From Eledone cirrhosa (Eukaryota), in assembly GCA_964016885.1 (NCBI GenBank), contig OZ024756.1, positions 30,318,001 to 30,382,000 on the forward strand: 64,000 nt of DNA. The letters are read 5' to 3'. The stretch's first letter is position 1. Each line of letters opens with the position of its first letter. The position numbers and the translations under genes are program-made. Below the pieces are notes generated by a model. It made no database searches, was not told where the DNA came from, and was given only the letters and a program-made list of their open reading frames with translations. Positions 14,533 through 27,736 of the stretch are shown here, one piece after another.

Positions 14533-14955
14533 TTTATTTCAATAACATAAAATGACAGTTGAACTCTCGCCAAAACCACAGACCCGCGTAAAATATATAA
14601 AACCCTAACATAAAACAGTAATCTTTTCACATTGGATAAATGAGCATCTGGGGTGAAAAGAAAAAAAAAAAGCTATATACGCCGTAAATGACAAGAAATA
14701 TGCTGCAAGGCATAACATGGAAATAAATATTGGCCAATGGTCAACAAATGCCATTTATTACTATTACATAAAATGACACATGAACTCTCGCCAAAACCAT
14801 AGACCCGTTTAAGATATACAAAACCTTAAGGTTAACTTTATCACGGTGGATTAATGATCATTTAGGAAATAAACAACAACTGTATTCATACAAAGTGACA
14901 AAAAGGATGCTGTAAAGAATGATTTGAAAATATATATTAGTCTATAGTCAAACAA
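14533..14955. repeat. Diverged tandem duplication, ~220-bp unit x2
   Basis: acataaaatgaca..tgaactctcgccaaaacca.agacccg at ~14545 and ~14766. Confidence 0.7.
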
Positions 14956-16533
14956 TCCTGCAAAAACAGTGAAACAAAAAAGATCTGAAAAGGTCAGGAA
15001 TTGAATTACAGAACGCCTTTAAGTGAGTTTCGCTGTTGTGGATTTTGAAAACATTACTCAAGAGTTAGGTAACATTAATAACCTTTTCGAAACGATAGTA
15101 AAAGATAGTAAAAGCATAGTTCCGGTAGCTCTGTTAAAGTGGCTCGCCATAGATATATTGCATAGAAGTATAGTTGGGTGACTAAAACTGGTTCACGACG
15201 TTAGGCTCCCAAGAGTTCCATTCCGGGCAGGGTTGTCTGTCCTTCAGCAAGGCAGTTACTGTTACGTTGTTTCATTCCAATCAGTTGGAAACAATGAGTT
15301 GTATCTGTTGTTTAAAAGAACAGTCTTGTCACACTGTCACACTGAATAAACAGATAAATACGTTATGGGTACACGTGCTGGTTGAATACTTATCCACTTC
15401 CGCGTTAATTTTATAAGCAAGCTGTTCCGTTATGCGGATAAATGAAACACACGTCACTAGAAAGGAGAAATGTCTCACGCCACACAGAGACACCCGCACA
15501 TACACACACACATATATATATATATAGATAGATATGTATATACATATGTGTGTGTACGACACAGGCCATACGCTATCAACAATTTTACCACCGATCTGTA
15601 GGTGAGCAAGACTTCAACTAAATCGTATGTAATATGAGAATATGAGATTTGTAAAGAGGAGAGGATTTCACATTTCACGTTCTTAATTTAGTATTTTATT
15701 GAAGCAACCCATTTACCGGTCACCAAGCATGGATAGATAGAATATTTGTTTATCCATAGACATTTGTAGCTTACAAAATGGCCTATGCTAATGCGTTTAA
15801 TGGACTAATGCACTAATATATCAATTTTAATCAGTTTCGGTGGCGATATCTTATAAATATATCTGTTTCAACAGGGAGGTATTAAACGTCATTCATATTT
15901 CATAGATGGTAAGGGAAGAGAAGAGAATGAAGAGTAGCACGCTATGTTATCAGTGTGATATTAAATTTCTTGCATTAAGCCGCCATTTCTATAATGGCTA
16001 AGTTTTCCTGTGGCTTTGATAATAACAGCATGACAACTAGTGGCTTTTAATATCGAATTTGCATTCATTTTGCAATTTAAAAGAGAAAGGTATAATTTTC
16101 GTCTTACGTAACGAGCATTCGTGAAAAACATAAATTTAAATATTTCTAAATAATTTCAAATACATGCAATGATATTCACACAATATGCTTACGTCATTGC
16201 TAAAATACTAAGCGAAAGTATATTTCTCTGAAATATAGTCCATATTCAAATATATATGTTTCTTTAAAATGTATAGCAATGAATGATAAAAAATGGAAAC
16301 TTGTAGATTCCAAAATTAATTTCTTTTAAAAAATACTACTGTTACTGTATCTAGTATTCCAGAGGCCGTGGTTATAAGTATCAAGGTAGGATTATAAAGT
16401 ACAATTAAATTTTACATAAATATGCCTTTCCTAGAACGCTGCTGGCCTTGTGCCTAAATTATAAATCAATCAATCACTCACTCAATCAATCAATATATAT
16501 AATCTCTCTCTCTATCTCTCTCTCTCTATATAT

Positions 16534-16592
<59 letters not shown>

Positions 16593-16685
16593 CACACACA
16601 CACATACGCGCGCACGCGCACACACACTCACCCCCCCCCCCCCCCCCACACTCACCCCCCCCCCCCCACACACACACATATATAT

Positions 16686-16776
16686 GAAAGATTCAGAGCC
16701 CCGACGGCTGAGTTCCCGCCACTTCAACAGCTATATCCGAACAGTTCGGAAAAAATGTTTTTAGAGAAAATAACAG

Positions 16777-16844
<68 letters not shown>

Positions 16845-16936
16845 CTGTTATTTTCTCTAAAAACATTTGCATATCGAGTGAGTTCAGTCGGCCAGGCGTA
16901 CCGAAACTGATACGTACATATATATATGTGTACCTG

Positions 16937-16999
<63 letters not shown>

Positions 17000-17052
17000 G
17001 CATGCTACTGTACGTCTGTATACATATATGTATGTACGTATACATACATACT

Positions 17053-17060
<8 letters not shown>
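16686..17060. mobile_element. Composite: family A fragment, 116-bp palindrome, rearranged family B fragment
   Basis: ccccgacggctgagttc (family A); palindrome 16753-16868; atttgcatatcgagtgagttcagtcggcc joined in inverted orientation to aaactgatacgtacata... (both family B). Confidence 0.65.
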
Positions 17061-17097
<37 letters not shown>

Positions 17098-17122
17098 AAC
17101 TACAATTCCTCCATCTGAATTC

Positions 17123-17163
17123 TACTTTTGAAAAGCATAAGAAACTGCGAAACCGGTAAAGGA
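17123..17163 (+). ncRNA. Minimal type-I hammerhead ribozyme, U3-A8 core variant
   Basis: tactt-TTGAAAA-gca taagaaac tgc-GAA-ACCGGT-A-aagga; palindromic stem III, GUA site, downstream AATAAA; segment lies between two (TA)n tracts. Confidence 0.55.
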
Positions 17164-17752
17164 ACCAAATAAATATATTTAAAAAAAAAGACTCCAGTAG
17201 CATTTTCGATTTCGATTTCATCATATATATATATATATATGTGTGTGTGTTTGTGTGTGTGTGTGTGTATGTGTGTGTGTATCGATACTAAGCACTGTGT
17301 GTATATATGTGTATATTATTCGTCTTATTTCAAATGTTTCTATATTTTCTATATATATTTTGCAATATTCAGAAATAATAACAGCATAAACAACAAGAAC
17401 AATAACAATAACAAGCAGAACATGAAACAATAGGATGTCAATATTTAACCGGAAGGCAAGCAACATTGTTAACCTTATTTAACTAGAGAGCTTTCACCAT
17501 AATTATCCTTACTGAACCACTTCCGGTCTTTTCTATACACCTCAGAAAGATTTATTTCTTATTTTTTATTATATAATTATCTGTTGTTTCGTATGCTTTT
17601 CTTCATATCTTCTTTATTCTTTGCCAAATAGCCACGTAGCTTTTACTTCTACATATACATACACATACACACATACACACATAAACACACGCACACCCAC
17701 ACACACACAAACATACACCCACGCGTACACACACATATTGACATATATATAC

Positions 17753-17784
<32 letters not shown>

Positions 17785-17907
17785 GAATAGGTATACACTC
17801 ACACATACGTATATATGTGTGTGTGTGTGTGTGTGTATATACACATATATATATACATACACGCATACATAAGTATATGTTTATATATACATATATATAT
17901 ATATACC

Positions 17908-17940
<33 letters not shown>

Positions 17941-17959
17941 ATATTTATATATATATTAT

Positions 17960-17994
<35 letters not shown>

Positions 17995-18159
17995 TATATA
18001 TATATATATATAAGCATATATATATGTGTGTGTGTGTGTGTGTAACTGTTATTATTATATTTCCCAATTCATTCTCATTTGATTTTCACTAGTGTTATGG
18101 CCTGCAGCAACAATAAGCCAAACGAAATACAATACGAATAAGAGGAAGAGAGCGTAAGA

Positions 18160-18257
18160 GGGGGAGGAGGAGGAGGAGAAGAAGACGAAGAAGAAGAAGA
18201 AGAAGAAGAAGAAGAAGAAGAAGAAGAAGAAGAAGAAGAAGAAGAAGAAGAAGAAAT

Positions 18258-18288
<31 letters not shown>

Positions 18289-18406
18289 GAAGAAGAAGAA
18301 GAAGAAGAAGAAGAAGAAGAAGAATGAGGAGGAGGAGAAGAAGAAGAAGAAGAAGAAGACGACGAAGAAGAAGAAGAAGAAGAAGAAGAAGAAGAAGAAG
18401 AAGAAG

Positions 18407-18437
<31 letters not shown>

Positions 18438-18443
18438 GGAGGA

Positions 18444-18478
<35 letters not shown>

Positions 18479-18732
18479 AGAAGAAGAAGACGGAGAAGAA
18501 GAAGAAGAAGAAGAAGAAGAAGAAGAAGAAGAAGAAGAAGAAGAAGAAGAAGAAGAAGAAGACGAAGAAGAAGAAGAAGAATGAGGAGGAGGAGAAGAAG
18601 AAGAAGAAGAAGACGGAGAAGAAGAAGAAGAAGAAGAAGAAGAAGAAGAAGAAGAAGAAGAAGAAGAAGAAGAAGAAGAAGAAGAAGAAGAAGACGACGA
18701 CGACGACGATGAAGAAGAAAAAGAAAAAGAAG
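18160..18732. repeat. Large interrupted (GAA)n array, ~570 bp
   Basis: Seen directly; accounts for the poly-E/K/R/F/L/S ORFs. Confidence 0.95.
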
Positions 18733-18908
18733 AAACACACCCCACAGCAGAAAGCCCCCCCCCCCCGCAAAAAAAAAACACAACAAAAAAAAGTAAAATA
18801 AAACAAACATGTAAAAGCAAAATGGAGACCCAATTTAGCTGTGAGTGGGAATTCCTTTCAAATTAATAGTATTATTTATACTATCTGACAAACAAAGAAC
18901 GGGAGAGG

Positions 18909-18964
<56 letters not shown>

Positions 18965-19411
18965 GATAGAGAGAGAGAGGGAGGGAGAGAGAGAGAGAGA
19001 GAGAGAGGAATGTTTCTTATGAAAACTAAATTAGCTTTGTATTTTATTCAGATCCGGATTGTATGATGATATACAAGGTTTTTCGACCCTTATATTAGCA
19101 TCAATATCTTTACTTCGATTTTCGTTTAATATCTACGAATTGGTTCTGATTCAATTGCGATAGAGAAAGGAAACACGAAAAAAATTGATAATATAGATAA
19201 AAAAAACAAAACAAAGGAATAAAAAATAACGTGAATATATAAAAGAATAAATAAAGGAAAAAAAAAATTAAAAAGCCGTGTTTTTTCCGTATTGACATTA
19301 AAAAGGTTATCTAGCTTATTAACCCATCAATGTATTCCAATTCTAATCGGACACGCACAGACACACACCCCACACATGTTTTATATATATAAACATATAT
19401 TTCCAACCACT

Positions 19412-19514
<103 letters not shown>

Positions 19515-19768
19515 CGTATTATTAAGGAATATTTATCATTACAACACACGACTGAAATGCCGAACTATTCCGACAGTTCACTAGATATAACGATAGATAG
19601 ATCTTTCGTAAATGATTTACCATCCAGGTAAAATTAAAATCTATATATCATTCTTTACTCTTATATAAGATATTGGCTTCTATTTTCTCATTTGTTTTTG
19701 TTATTTGCTTCCCGAGTAACCTTTTGTGAGCGCCATTAGATGGGCTGCATCTGTAATTCTAAATGTCA

Positions 19769-20165
19769 AAGGAGGTGGCTAACTCGTTCTGTAGGATCTG
19801 TGTGGAGAGAGAGGAGACTGTGGCTCACATTGTATACGAATGTAAACACCTAGCGCAGACTCATTATACAGACTGGAGGCATGATAAAATACGAAAGGTG
19901 ATTCACTGGTATTTATGAAATTTAAATAATGTATCACATTCTGAGAAGTGGTATGAGCATACGCCAGAGTCAGTGATAGAAAACAATCAAGTGAAGGTGC
20001 TATGGGATTTCAGGATACAGACCAACAAGAAATTAAATCACAATAACCCTCCGATACGCCCTGAATAGCGAAGGCTGCAGGTTGCTGTTTTGATGGTCAT
20101 TTGTTCAAACTTTCCAGTTAAATAACATCAATGACTGAGACTCTAAGAATACCAATAATAATAAT
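19769..20165 (+). pseudogene. R4/Dong-clade non-LTR retrotransposon remnant (CCHC zinc knuckle, RHD motif, start of restriction-like endonuclease)
   Basis: Frame from 19769: KEVANSFCRICVEREETVAHIVYECKHLAQTHYTDWRHDKIRKVIHWYL*NLNNVSHSEKWYEHTPESVIENNQVKVLWDFRIQTNKKLNHNNP; in-frame TGA at 19916; ends in (TAA)n. Confidence 0.85.
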
Positions 20166-20166
20166 A

Positions 20167-20357
20167 ATTGTTTCTACTTTTGGCACAAGGCCAGCAATTA
20201 CCTAGTACATTACTGGTACTTTATTTTATCGACCCCCGTAAGGATGAAAGGCAAAGTTAACCTCGGCGGGATTTGATCTCAGATCGTAAAGGGACGTAAC
20301 TCTTTGCGTTAAAGCATGGCGTCCGACCCTCTACTGATACTGCCAATCCACCGCCCT
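20167..20357 (-). mobile_element. SINE family 1, short form, full length
   Basis: Head tactgccaatccaccgcc and tail ttgtttctacttttggcacaagg in reverse orientation. Confidence 0.85.
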
Positions 20358-20498
20358 TAATAATAATAATAAAAATGATGAGGTTGCTGATGATGATGAT
20401 GATGACCAGTAAACATATGAATACCACCGCATTATAACGCAAGTCGGCTTTGCCTGATGATTTCCTTCGAATGAAACAGTTCTATGTTATATATATAT

Positions 20499-20762
20499 AG
20501 GAACAAGTATGACCCCGACGGCAGAGCTCAAGTCGTTTCGACGGCTATTTCTGAACTAAATAAGAATTTTTAGCCTGGTAAATAAATAGCCGAACTTTTC
20601 AGGAGAAGTTCGGCTATTTATTTAGTCCAGAAATAGCCGTCGAAACGGCTTGAGCTCTGCCGTCGGGGTCATACTTGTTCCTATTACCCACTCTACTACC
20701 CTAAGTATTGAGTACTTTGGTGCGTTATGGTCCATCTGGTTCCTTACCGCAACTCCTTCGTT
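20499..20762 (+). mobile_element. Family A element, copy with longest internal region
   Basis: Inverted arms plus tail. The minus-strand arm 20606-20513 reads tctc-CTGAAAA-g..cggctattt...aaatagccgt-c-GAA-ACGAC..GCCGT-C-gggg, a nearly complete hammerhead. Confidence 0.85.
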
Positions 20763-21090
20763 TTATATATATACATATATATATATATACATGTACTGAC
20801 GAACAACTCTATCGTTTATGCTTAGAAGAGGCTAGACGCCAGAATGAACGTATTTTTTCGAGACTAATAACGTGGGATCGCATAATCGTTGAGTCTACAG
20901 ATTGATATATCTTATTTTTGCCCTCTGAAATGATCGTAAAACAAAGGATGAATTAACTACTAAACATTGTCATATTCTTATAATTGTTCGACTTTATATC
21001 TGACTTTGTAAATGTTGAATACTCAACTACTTATGATAAGACGCCACTTTTCCACAAAATTATATTTCGCTTTGTTTCACGCTCTCCGAC

Positions 21091-21435
21091 ATGATTGCGG
21101 TTGTACCTCTGGCAGTGGAGACTTCTGGTGTCCTCGGCCCCAGGGCTACCTCCCTCCTCATCACCATAGGCGCTGAGCTGGCCAGCCGCATGTGTGAGCC
21201 TCGTGAGTTGGAGTGGCTTTTCCAGCGCAGTTCCCTTGCCGTCCTCCTGGGAAATGCCTTCTCCATTCTGACTCCTGGGGTTGTGGGGAGGTCCCATCGC
21301 GTATCATTCCATATTTAATCATGGTCGGTATGTGTATGTTTATATATATTACTTTTGTTTTTCATTCAGCATCATGTCATTCACATCAACTCTACATTGA
21401 GTTCTGAAGTGGTTATATATGTCTTGCCTTAATTC

Positions 21436-21436
<1 letters not shown>
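21091..21436 (+). pseudogene. 3' fragment of a CRE-clade non-LTR retrotransposon (C-terminal restriction-like endonuclease)
   Basis: ORF 21091-21318 VVPLAVETSGVLGPRATSLLITIG...EPRELEWLFQRSSLAVLLGNAFSIL fits the P-x-A-V-E-T-x-G ... QR-x-S-x-A-x-x-RGNA C-terminus of CRE-type RLE domains; followed by a short 3' region and (TA)n. Confidence 0.75.
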
Positions 21437-21505
<69 letters not shown>

Positions 21506-21528
21506 TAAATACACACACACACACACAC

Positions 21529-21572
<44 letters not shown>

Positions 21573-21669
21573 ACTTACATATGTAGTATGGTAAATAGGG
21601 TGGAAGGTAGGTAGGAAGGTAGATAGATAGATATATAGTTAAAAAGATTGAGTAGGAGAGAGCGAGAGA

Positions 21670-21705
<36 letters not shown>

Positions 21706-22155
21706 GAGAGAGTAGAAAATATGTGTTATAAATATAGGGGAATGTGTGTGTATTGGTGTATTGATGGGGAATGTGTGTGTATTGGTGTATTGATGGGGAA
21801 TGTAATGTTGTAAATACAACAAAATTTAGAGAAATAAACATTTGCAACAGAACTGACTGAAAAGCCGACGAAAATAGAAAGTAAGAGGGTGTTACTTTGT
21901 TTTCCTTTTAAGGGGTGTAGAAGATGGTGGTTGCGGTGTTAGTGGTGGTGATGGTAGGAACGGATGGTTGGGGTTGTATTGTGTATTATTTGGCGAGATG
22001 TAGTGGGTGGTGGTGGATGGATTTACAATTAGAAACAAGGCTATAAAATGAAAGGAGAAAAAAATGTATACGTGTACGTACGTAGATGAAATTTTTAGAA
22101 ATAATTCTGGAAAATATAGCAGAGTATTTTAAATGACTTACATAAAAAGAACTAG

Positions 22156-22188
<33 letters not shown>

Positions 22189-22375
22189 TGTATGTATGTA
22201 TGTATGTATGTATGTATGTATGTATGTATGTATGTATGTATGTATTCATGTGTGTATGTATGTATGAATGTATATTTGTATTTATGTATATATATATCTA
22301 TATATATATATACATACATACATATATATTATGAAATACTGTTGGCTTCACGCTCACAATAATTTCTATACTTTC

Positions 22376-22431
<56 letters not shown>

Positions 22432-22703
22432 TTATATATTTACATACACACACACTTAATTCCTCTTTCTCTCTCACACACACATATATATAGCTATATA
22501 TGTATATATATATACATATATAGAAAAGCCCGCCCTCATCAAAAAAACAAGTGTGGAAAAATGAACAAAAATTGTGTAAAAATGATAAAATGAATTCTCT
22601 TTTCTTTCAGAAATCTAATGTTGTTCTCATTTTCAAAATACTTCAAATTACATCTCTAAAATATACTGTGTTTTATAAGTTCTTCTATATTTAAATATAC
22701 ACT

Positions 22704-22747
<44 letters not shown>

Positions 22748-22754
22748 TATATAT

Positions 22755-23450
22755 AACGACGGAGGTGTGGTAAAGAACCAGATGGACCATAACGCACCAG
22801 AGTACTTAATACTTAGGGTAGTAGAGTGGGTAATAGGAAAATGTTAGGGTTAGGGTTAGGGTTAGTGTTGGGGTCAGGGTTGGGTTTGGGTTTGGGGTTA
22901 GGGTTAGAATTAACTCTAACCCTAACCCTAACACTACCCCTAACCATATCCCTAACCCTAACCTTAAAACTAACCCTAACCCTAAACCTAACCCTAAGCC
23001 TAACGCTAACCCTAACCCTAACCCTAACCCTAACACTAACCCTAAAAGTAAACCTAGCCCTAACCGTAACGCTAAACCTAACCCTAAACCTAACCCTAAG
23101 CCTAACCCTAGCACTAACCCTAACTCTAACCCTAACCCTAATGCTAGCCCTAAACCTAACCCTAACCCTAACGTTAAAATTAACGCTAACCCTAACCCTA
23201 ATCCTAACACTAACCCTAACGCAAACTTTAACCTTAACCCTAATCCTAACCCTAACCCTCACTCTAACCCTAACGCTAACCCTAGCCCTAACCCTAAGCC
23301 TAACCCTAACCCTAACCCTAGCTTTAACGCTAACCCTAACCCTAACCCTAGGTTTAGGGTTAGGGTTGGGGTTGGGGTTGGGGGTTAGGTTTAGTCTAGA
23401 AATAGCCGTCGAAACGGCTTGAGCTCTGCCGTCGGGGTTAAACATTTTCA
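22755..23450 (-). mobile_element. Family A element enclosing an interstitial telomeric array
   Basis: Tail 22755-22845 and inverted arm 23395-23450 (agaaatagccgtcgaaacggcttgagctctgccgtcgggg) bracket the TTAGGG array. Confidence 0.8.
22844..23394. repeat. Interstitial telomeric repeat with two polarity switches: (TTAGGG)~11, (CCCTAA)~73, (TTAGGG)~7
   Basis: G-rich 22844-22907, C-rich 22911-23350, G-rich 23351-23394; many substituted hexamers but 6-nt phase largely kept. Confidence 0.95.
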
Positions 23451-23883
23451 TATATATATATATATATGTATGATACGCACCCATATAAGTTGGAATTTTC
23501 ATATATATAAAAAAATGTACAGAAATATATTTGTCATTGAAAGGAATGATAAATATACAATTTTGTTACCGCGTAATTTTCTATATTTTCAAGCTAATTA
23601 AATATTGCCCGGCTATCAAGTTACATTTGAAAAAAAAACAACAACTAATAGATAGGCGTTTGCAAATTGTTGAGCCTATAATAACATATTCCTACCAAAT
23701 AATTTACAAAGTGTCCCTTTGTTCCCCGCCATTTTTCCATATTAAGGTTTGTTGTTGTTGCTGTTGTTGTTGTTGTTGATGATTGTGTTATTGTTGTTAT
23801 TGTTGATGATGATAGTTATATTATTGTTATTGTTGTTGATCGTAATGATGACCATGCTGATATTGTTGCTGTTGTTGTATAAA

Positions 23884-24141
23884 AGTCTAAAGTCTAAAGT
23901 CTGTCTTAAGCCTAAAGATTCCTTTGGCCGGTGCTTATCCCTGTTTCATGGCGTGAAGCGACTGAGAGTACATTACTCCCCCCTAGACAGGACGATAGTC
24001 CATAGCAGGGTTAAACTCCCATCTATTACTGGTACTTATTTTCAGCTGAGTATACTGGAGCAACGTGAAATGAAGTGTTTTGCTCAAGAACACAACACGT
24101 AACCCAGGAATCGAACCCACGACATTATGATCGTAAGTCCA
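23884..24141 (-). mobile_element. SINE family 2 (tRNA-like head, central ctcagctgaaaataagtaccag domain, ctttaga-repeat tail)
   Basis: Collinear with 46161-46450 (-) and 49333-49578 (+). Confidence 0.8.
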
Positions 24142-24257
24142 TGTTGATGATGATGCTAATATTATTGTTGTAGCTGTTGTTGATCGTAATGTTGTTGTTG
24201 TTTTGTTGTTTTGTTGTTGTTAATGCTGCTGGTATTGATGTTGATGTTGCTTTTACG

Positions 24258-24570
24258 ATGGCGTTTGGCTTAGTGGTTAGAGCATAGGGTTTGCACTCGG
24301 AAGGACGTAAATTCGATTCTCGGACCGGGAGATGCATTGTGTCCGTGAACAAGACACTTTATTTGAAGTTGCTCCAGTTTACTCAGCTGTAGAAATGAGT
24401 TGCGACGTAACTGATGTGAAGCTGTATCGGCCATTGCATTTCCCTTGGACGTTATCGTTGGCGTGGAGACAGGAGGTTGGTATACATGGGCGACTGCTGG
24501 TCTTCCACAAACAAACTTGCCCGGACTTGTGCCTCGCAGAGAAGCATTCTAGGTATAAATCCCAAGGTGT
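24258..24570 (+). mobile_element. tRNA-derived SINE related to family 2, with a different 3' half
   Basis: A-box tggcttagtggtt, B-box-like aattcgattc, caagacacttt...ctccagtttactcagctg; 3' half matches 52697-52915. Confidence 0.7.
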
Positions 24571-25689
24571 CCAAAGGGAGACTTTACCCTGCTTAGGTCC
24601 AGATCAGTCCGAATCTTACAGATGTATAACGAAAGACTGTAGGTTAACTCTGCAGGAGCAGACCTATCATTAGAAGCCATCCCATTTTGTTTGTACATTT
24701 CTCTTGTCAAATACGCTCTACGTTTCTTAAATGTTAGCAGGGCTGGATTTAAGCCAGAATTTTGTTGCCAGTTGATGAATGGATGATATGTATATATGTT
24801 CCTTATATGCCTTATACATGTTATGTATATACCATGAAGAAGTTACTACATTTAAGAAATACATCATCTCTACGAAGATTTATTGAGTAACTCAATTATA
24901 CATGCTGGGCTTCCTATCGATTTCTGAACACACCACTTCAATTCATTGGTCAAGAAATGTCTATATTAGAAAATATTTCGCTATAAAATAGGATTGAAAT
25001 TTAAGGCAAGTGATTGGGAAATGAGCTTCGTAACATCAGAGTTAAGCCTTCTTCGATGTTCGATGATTAAATTTCGAAAATCTAATATGCTTCAATGAGA
25101 ATATATGACTAAGGTAACATAGTCGAACCCGCCTCCGTTCTCTCAAAAAAAAAACAAAAAAAAACAAGAAGAAATATTGAAAATTCAAAGACTGGGGAAT
25201 GCGTCATTTGAATAAGAGCGATAATGAAATTAGTTTAATGTAAGTTTAGGAAGTATCTTTTAAAACATTCAATAACACAACGTGGAGATAACTGTTAAAA
25301 TGAAAAACGTTATATTTGAAGATCAAACGAAAATCCATCGACATTTTAAATATATATTAACAAGGATCGATTTCAAAATGTCGGGAACCCTCTGAGGGAT
25401 GTAAATCTACCCTTATTATTTATTTCATTTTACTTTGGCTTACTGTACAGAAAATCTGTTTACAAAAGCTGGATATGTAAATGAAAGCAGCATGGAAATG
25501 AAAACATGCATGGGGATGTTTGATCTTGTTAGTTAGAATTTTATCAATAACATCTTTTTAAAATGGTAAGTAAGAGTTAGAGAGAAAGAGAGACAGAGAG
25601 AGAGAGGGGTGGGTGGGTGGGGGAGAAAGAAAGAGGAAGAGATAGAGAAAGGGAGAGAGAGACAAAGGGCGAGGTAGAGAGAGAGAAAG

Positions 25690-25724
<35 letters not shown>

Positions 25725-25764
25725 GTAAACAAAAATTACAACACAAACGGTACATATATATATA

Positions 25765-25804
<40 letters not shown>

Positions 25805-26062
25805 TAAAAAAGAGAGAGAGAGAGGAGAGTGAGTGTGTGTGTCTGAGAGAGAGAGAGAGAGTCAACAATATCTGCAGGACAGGTGGTTCCGTTCTAGATT
25901 ACATTTTTGTGAATTTTGCGTTTTAAGAAGCTTTTGAGTTAAATTCCTCTAGATTCTTGGCATAGAAACGAACATAAAACCGATTATAGGAAAGAAAGGC
26001 GAGTAGAGTAGAGATGGAATAGGGAAAAGTAGGTAAAGCATGCATATATATAATATGAATAA

Positions 26063-26109
<47 letters not shown>

Positions 26110-26256
26110 CACATGCACGTACAGAACGCGCGCACACATATATATATATATAAATAAAACCAAACAAAAAATATGTATATATATATATATATACATACAC
26201 ACACATATATATATATATATATATACATATACACATACACATACACATACATATAT

Positions 26257-26339
<83 letters not shown>

Positions 26340-26412
26340 GTATATATTAGGGGGAGAAAGATACATAAATAAATAGTGTATATGTATTTTGATGCATAAA
26401 TCGATAATTATA

Positions 26413-26476
<64 letters not shown>

Positions 26477-26667
26477 AAGAGATAAAGAGAAAGAAAGAGA
26501 TAGTGAGATAGGGAGAACTGTGGTGATATTGAGATGACATAGTAATGGGGGGGAAATGTAGATATTTGTATATGAGGGTAAATTATTTTTAGAACTACTG
26601 CAGTAAAGGTAAATTGAAGACTTCCATTGTGGATACCTCATCGATTCAAGGAAAATAGCTCGCAATT

Positions 26668-26729
<62 letters not shown>

Positions 26730-26798
26730 GTATATATATGTATGTATATATAAAATCCATTTTGCCAAAACTCAGTCCTCCGCCGCCATAATGCAATG

Positions 26799-26892
<94 letters not shown>

Positions 26893-27029
26893 CGTGCGTG
26901 CGTGTGTGTGTGTGTGCATGTGTGAGTGTGGGTATGTGTGTGAGTGAGTCCCGGTTTCCTTCGAATGAAACAGTTGTAGTCCTGAAGAAGCCATTTCTAT
27001 TTTAGATTTCGTTACACATATATATATAT

Positions 27030-27094
<65 letters not shown>

Positions 27095-27248
27095 GGGAGA
27101 GAGATTGGTAAAATCCCGACCGCGGTGCCATCGGTTTCGTCTATGTTTCTTTAGGGGCTTGCCTGCTTTATGCAATACCAGTGGTTTCATAGCCGTAAAC
27201 ATGTCTAACTCTTTCAAATGTATGCATATAATTTTTTCCGGAGATATT

Positions 27249-27335
<87 letters not shown>

Positions 27336-27483
27336 AGTATATTTATATACATGCATACATACACCGTTTACTCTGTATAATATGTTTCCCAATATCTCTA
27401 TTTACATTATATTCACCTATTCCTGATGTCTTCTCATGTACATACATACATATATACACATATATATATATATATATACATAC

Positions 27484-27551
<68 letters not shown>

Positions 27552-27636
27552 GTATATATATATTACACATACATATAAATGTATATATATACATACATAT
27601 ACGTATATATGAATAATATATTTATGTATTTATGTA

Positions 27637-27668
<32 letters not shown>

Positions 27669-27673
27669 CATAA

Positions 27674-27736
<63 letters not shown>

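Noticed and set aside
22844-23394. True chromosome end or simple end-to-end fusion site
   Set aside because: Internal, degenerate, has two polarity switches and is bracketed by two arms of one element.
24258-24330. tRNA gene
   Set aside because: A/B-box-like head continues into a SINE body; no complete cloverleaf.
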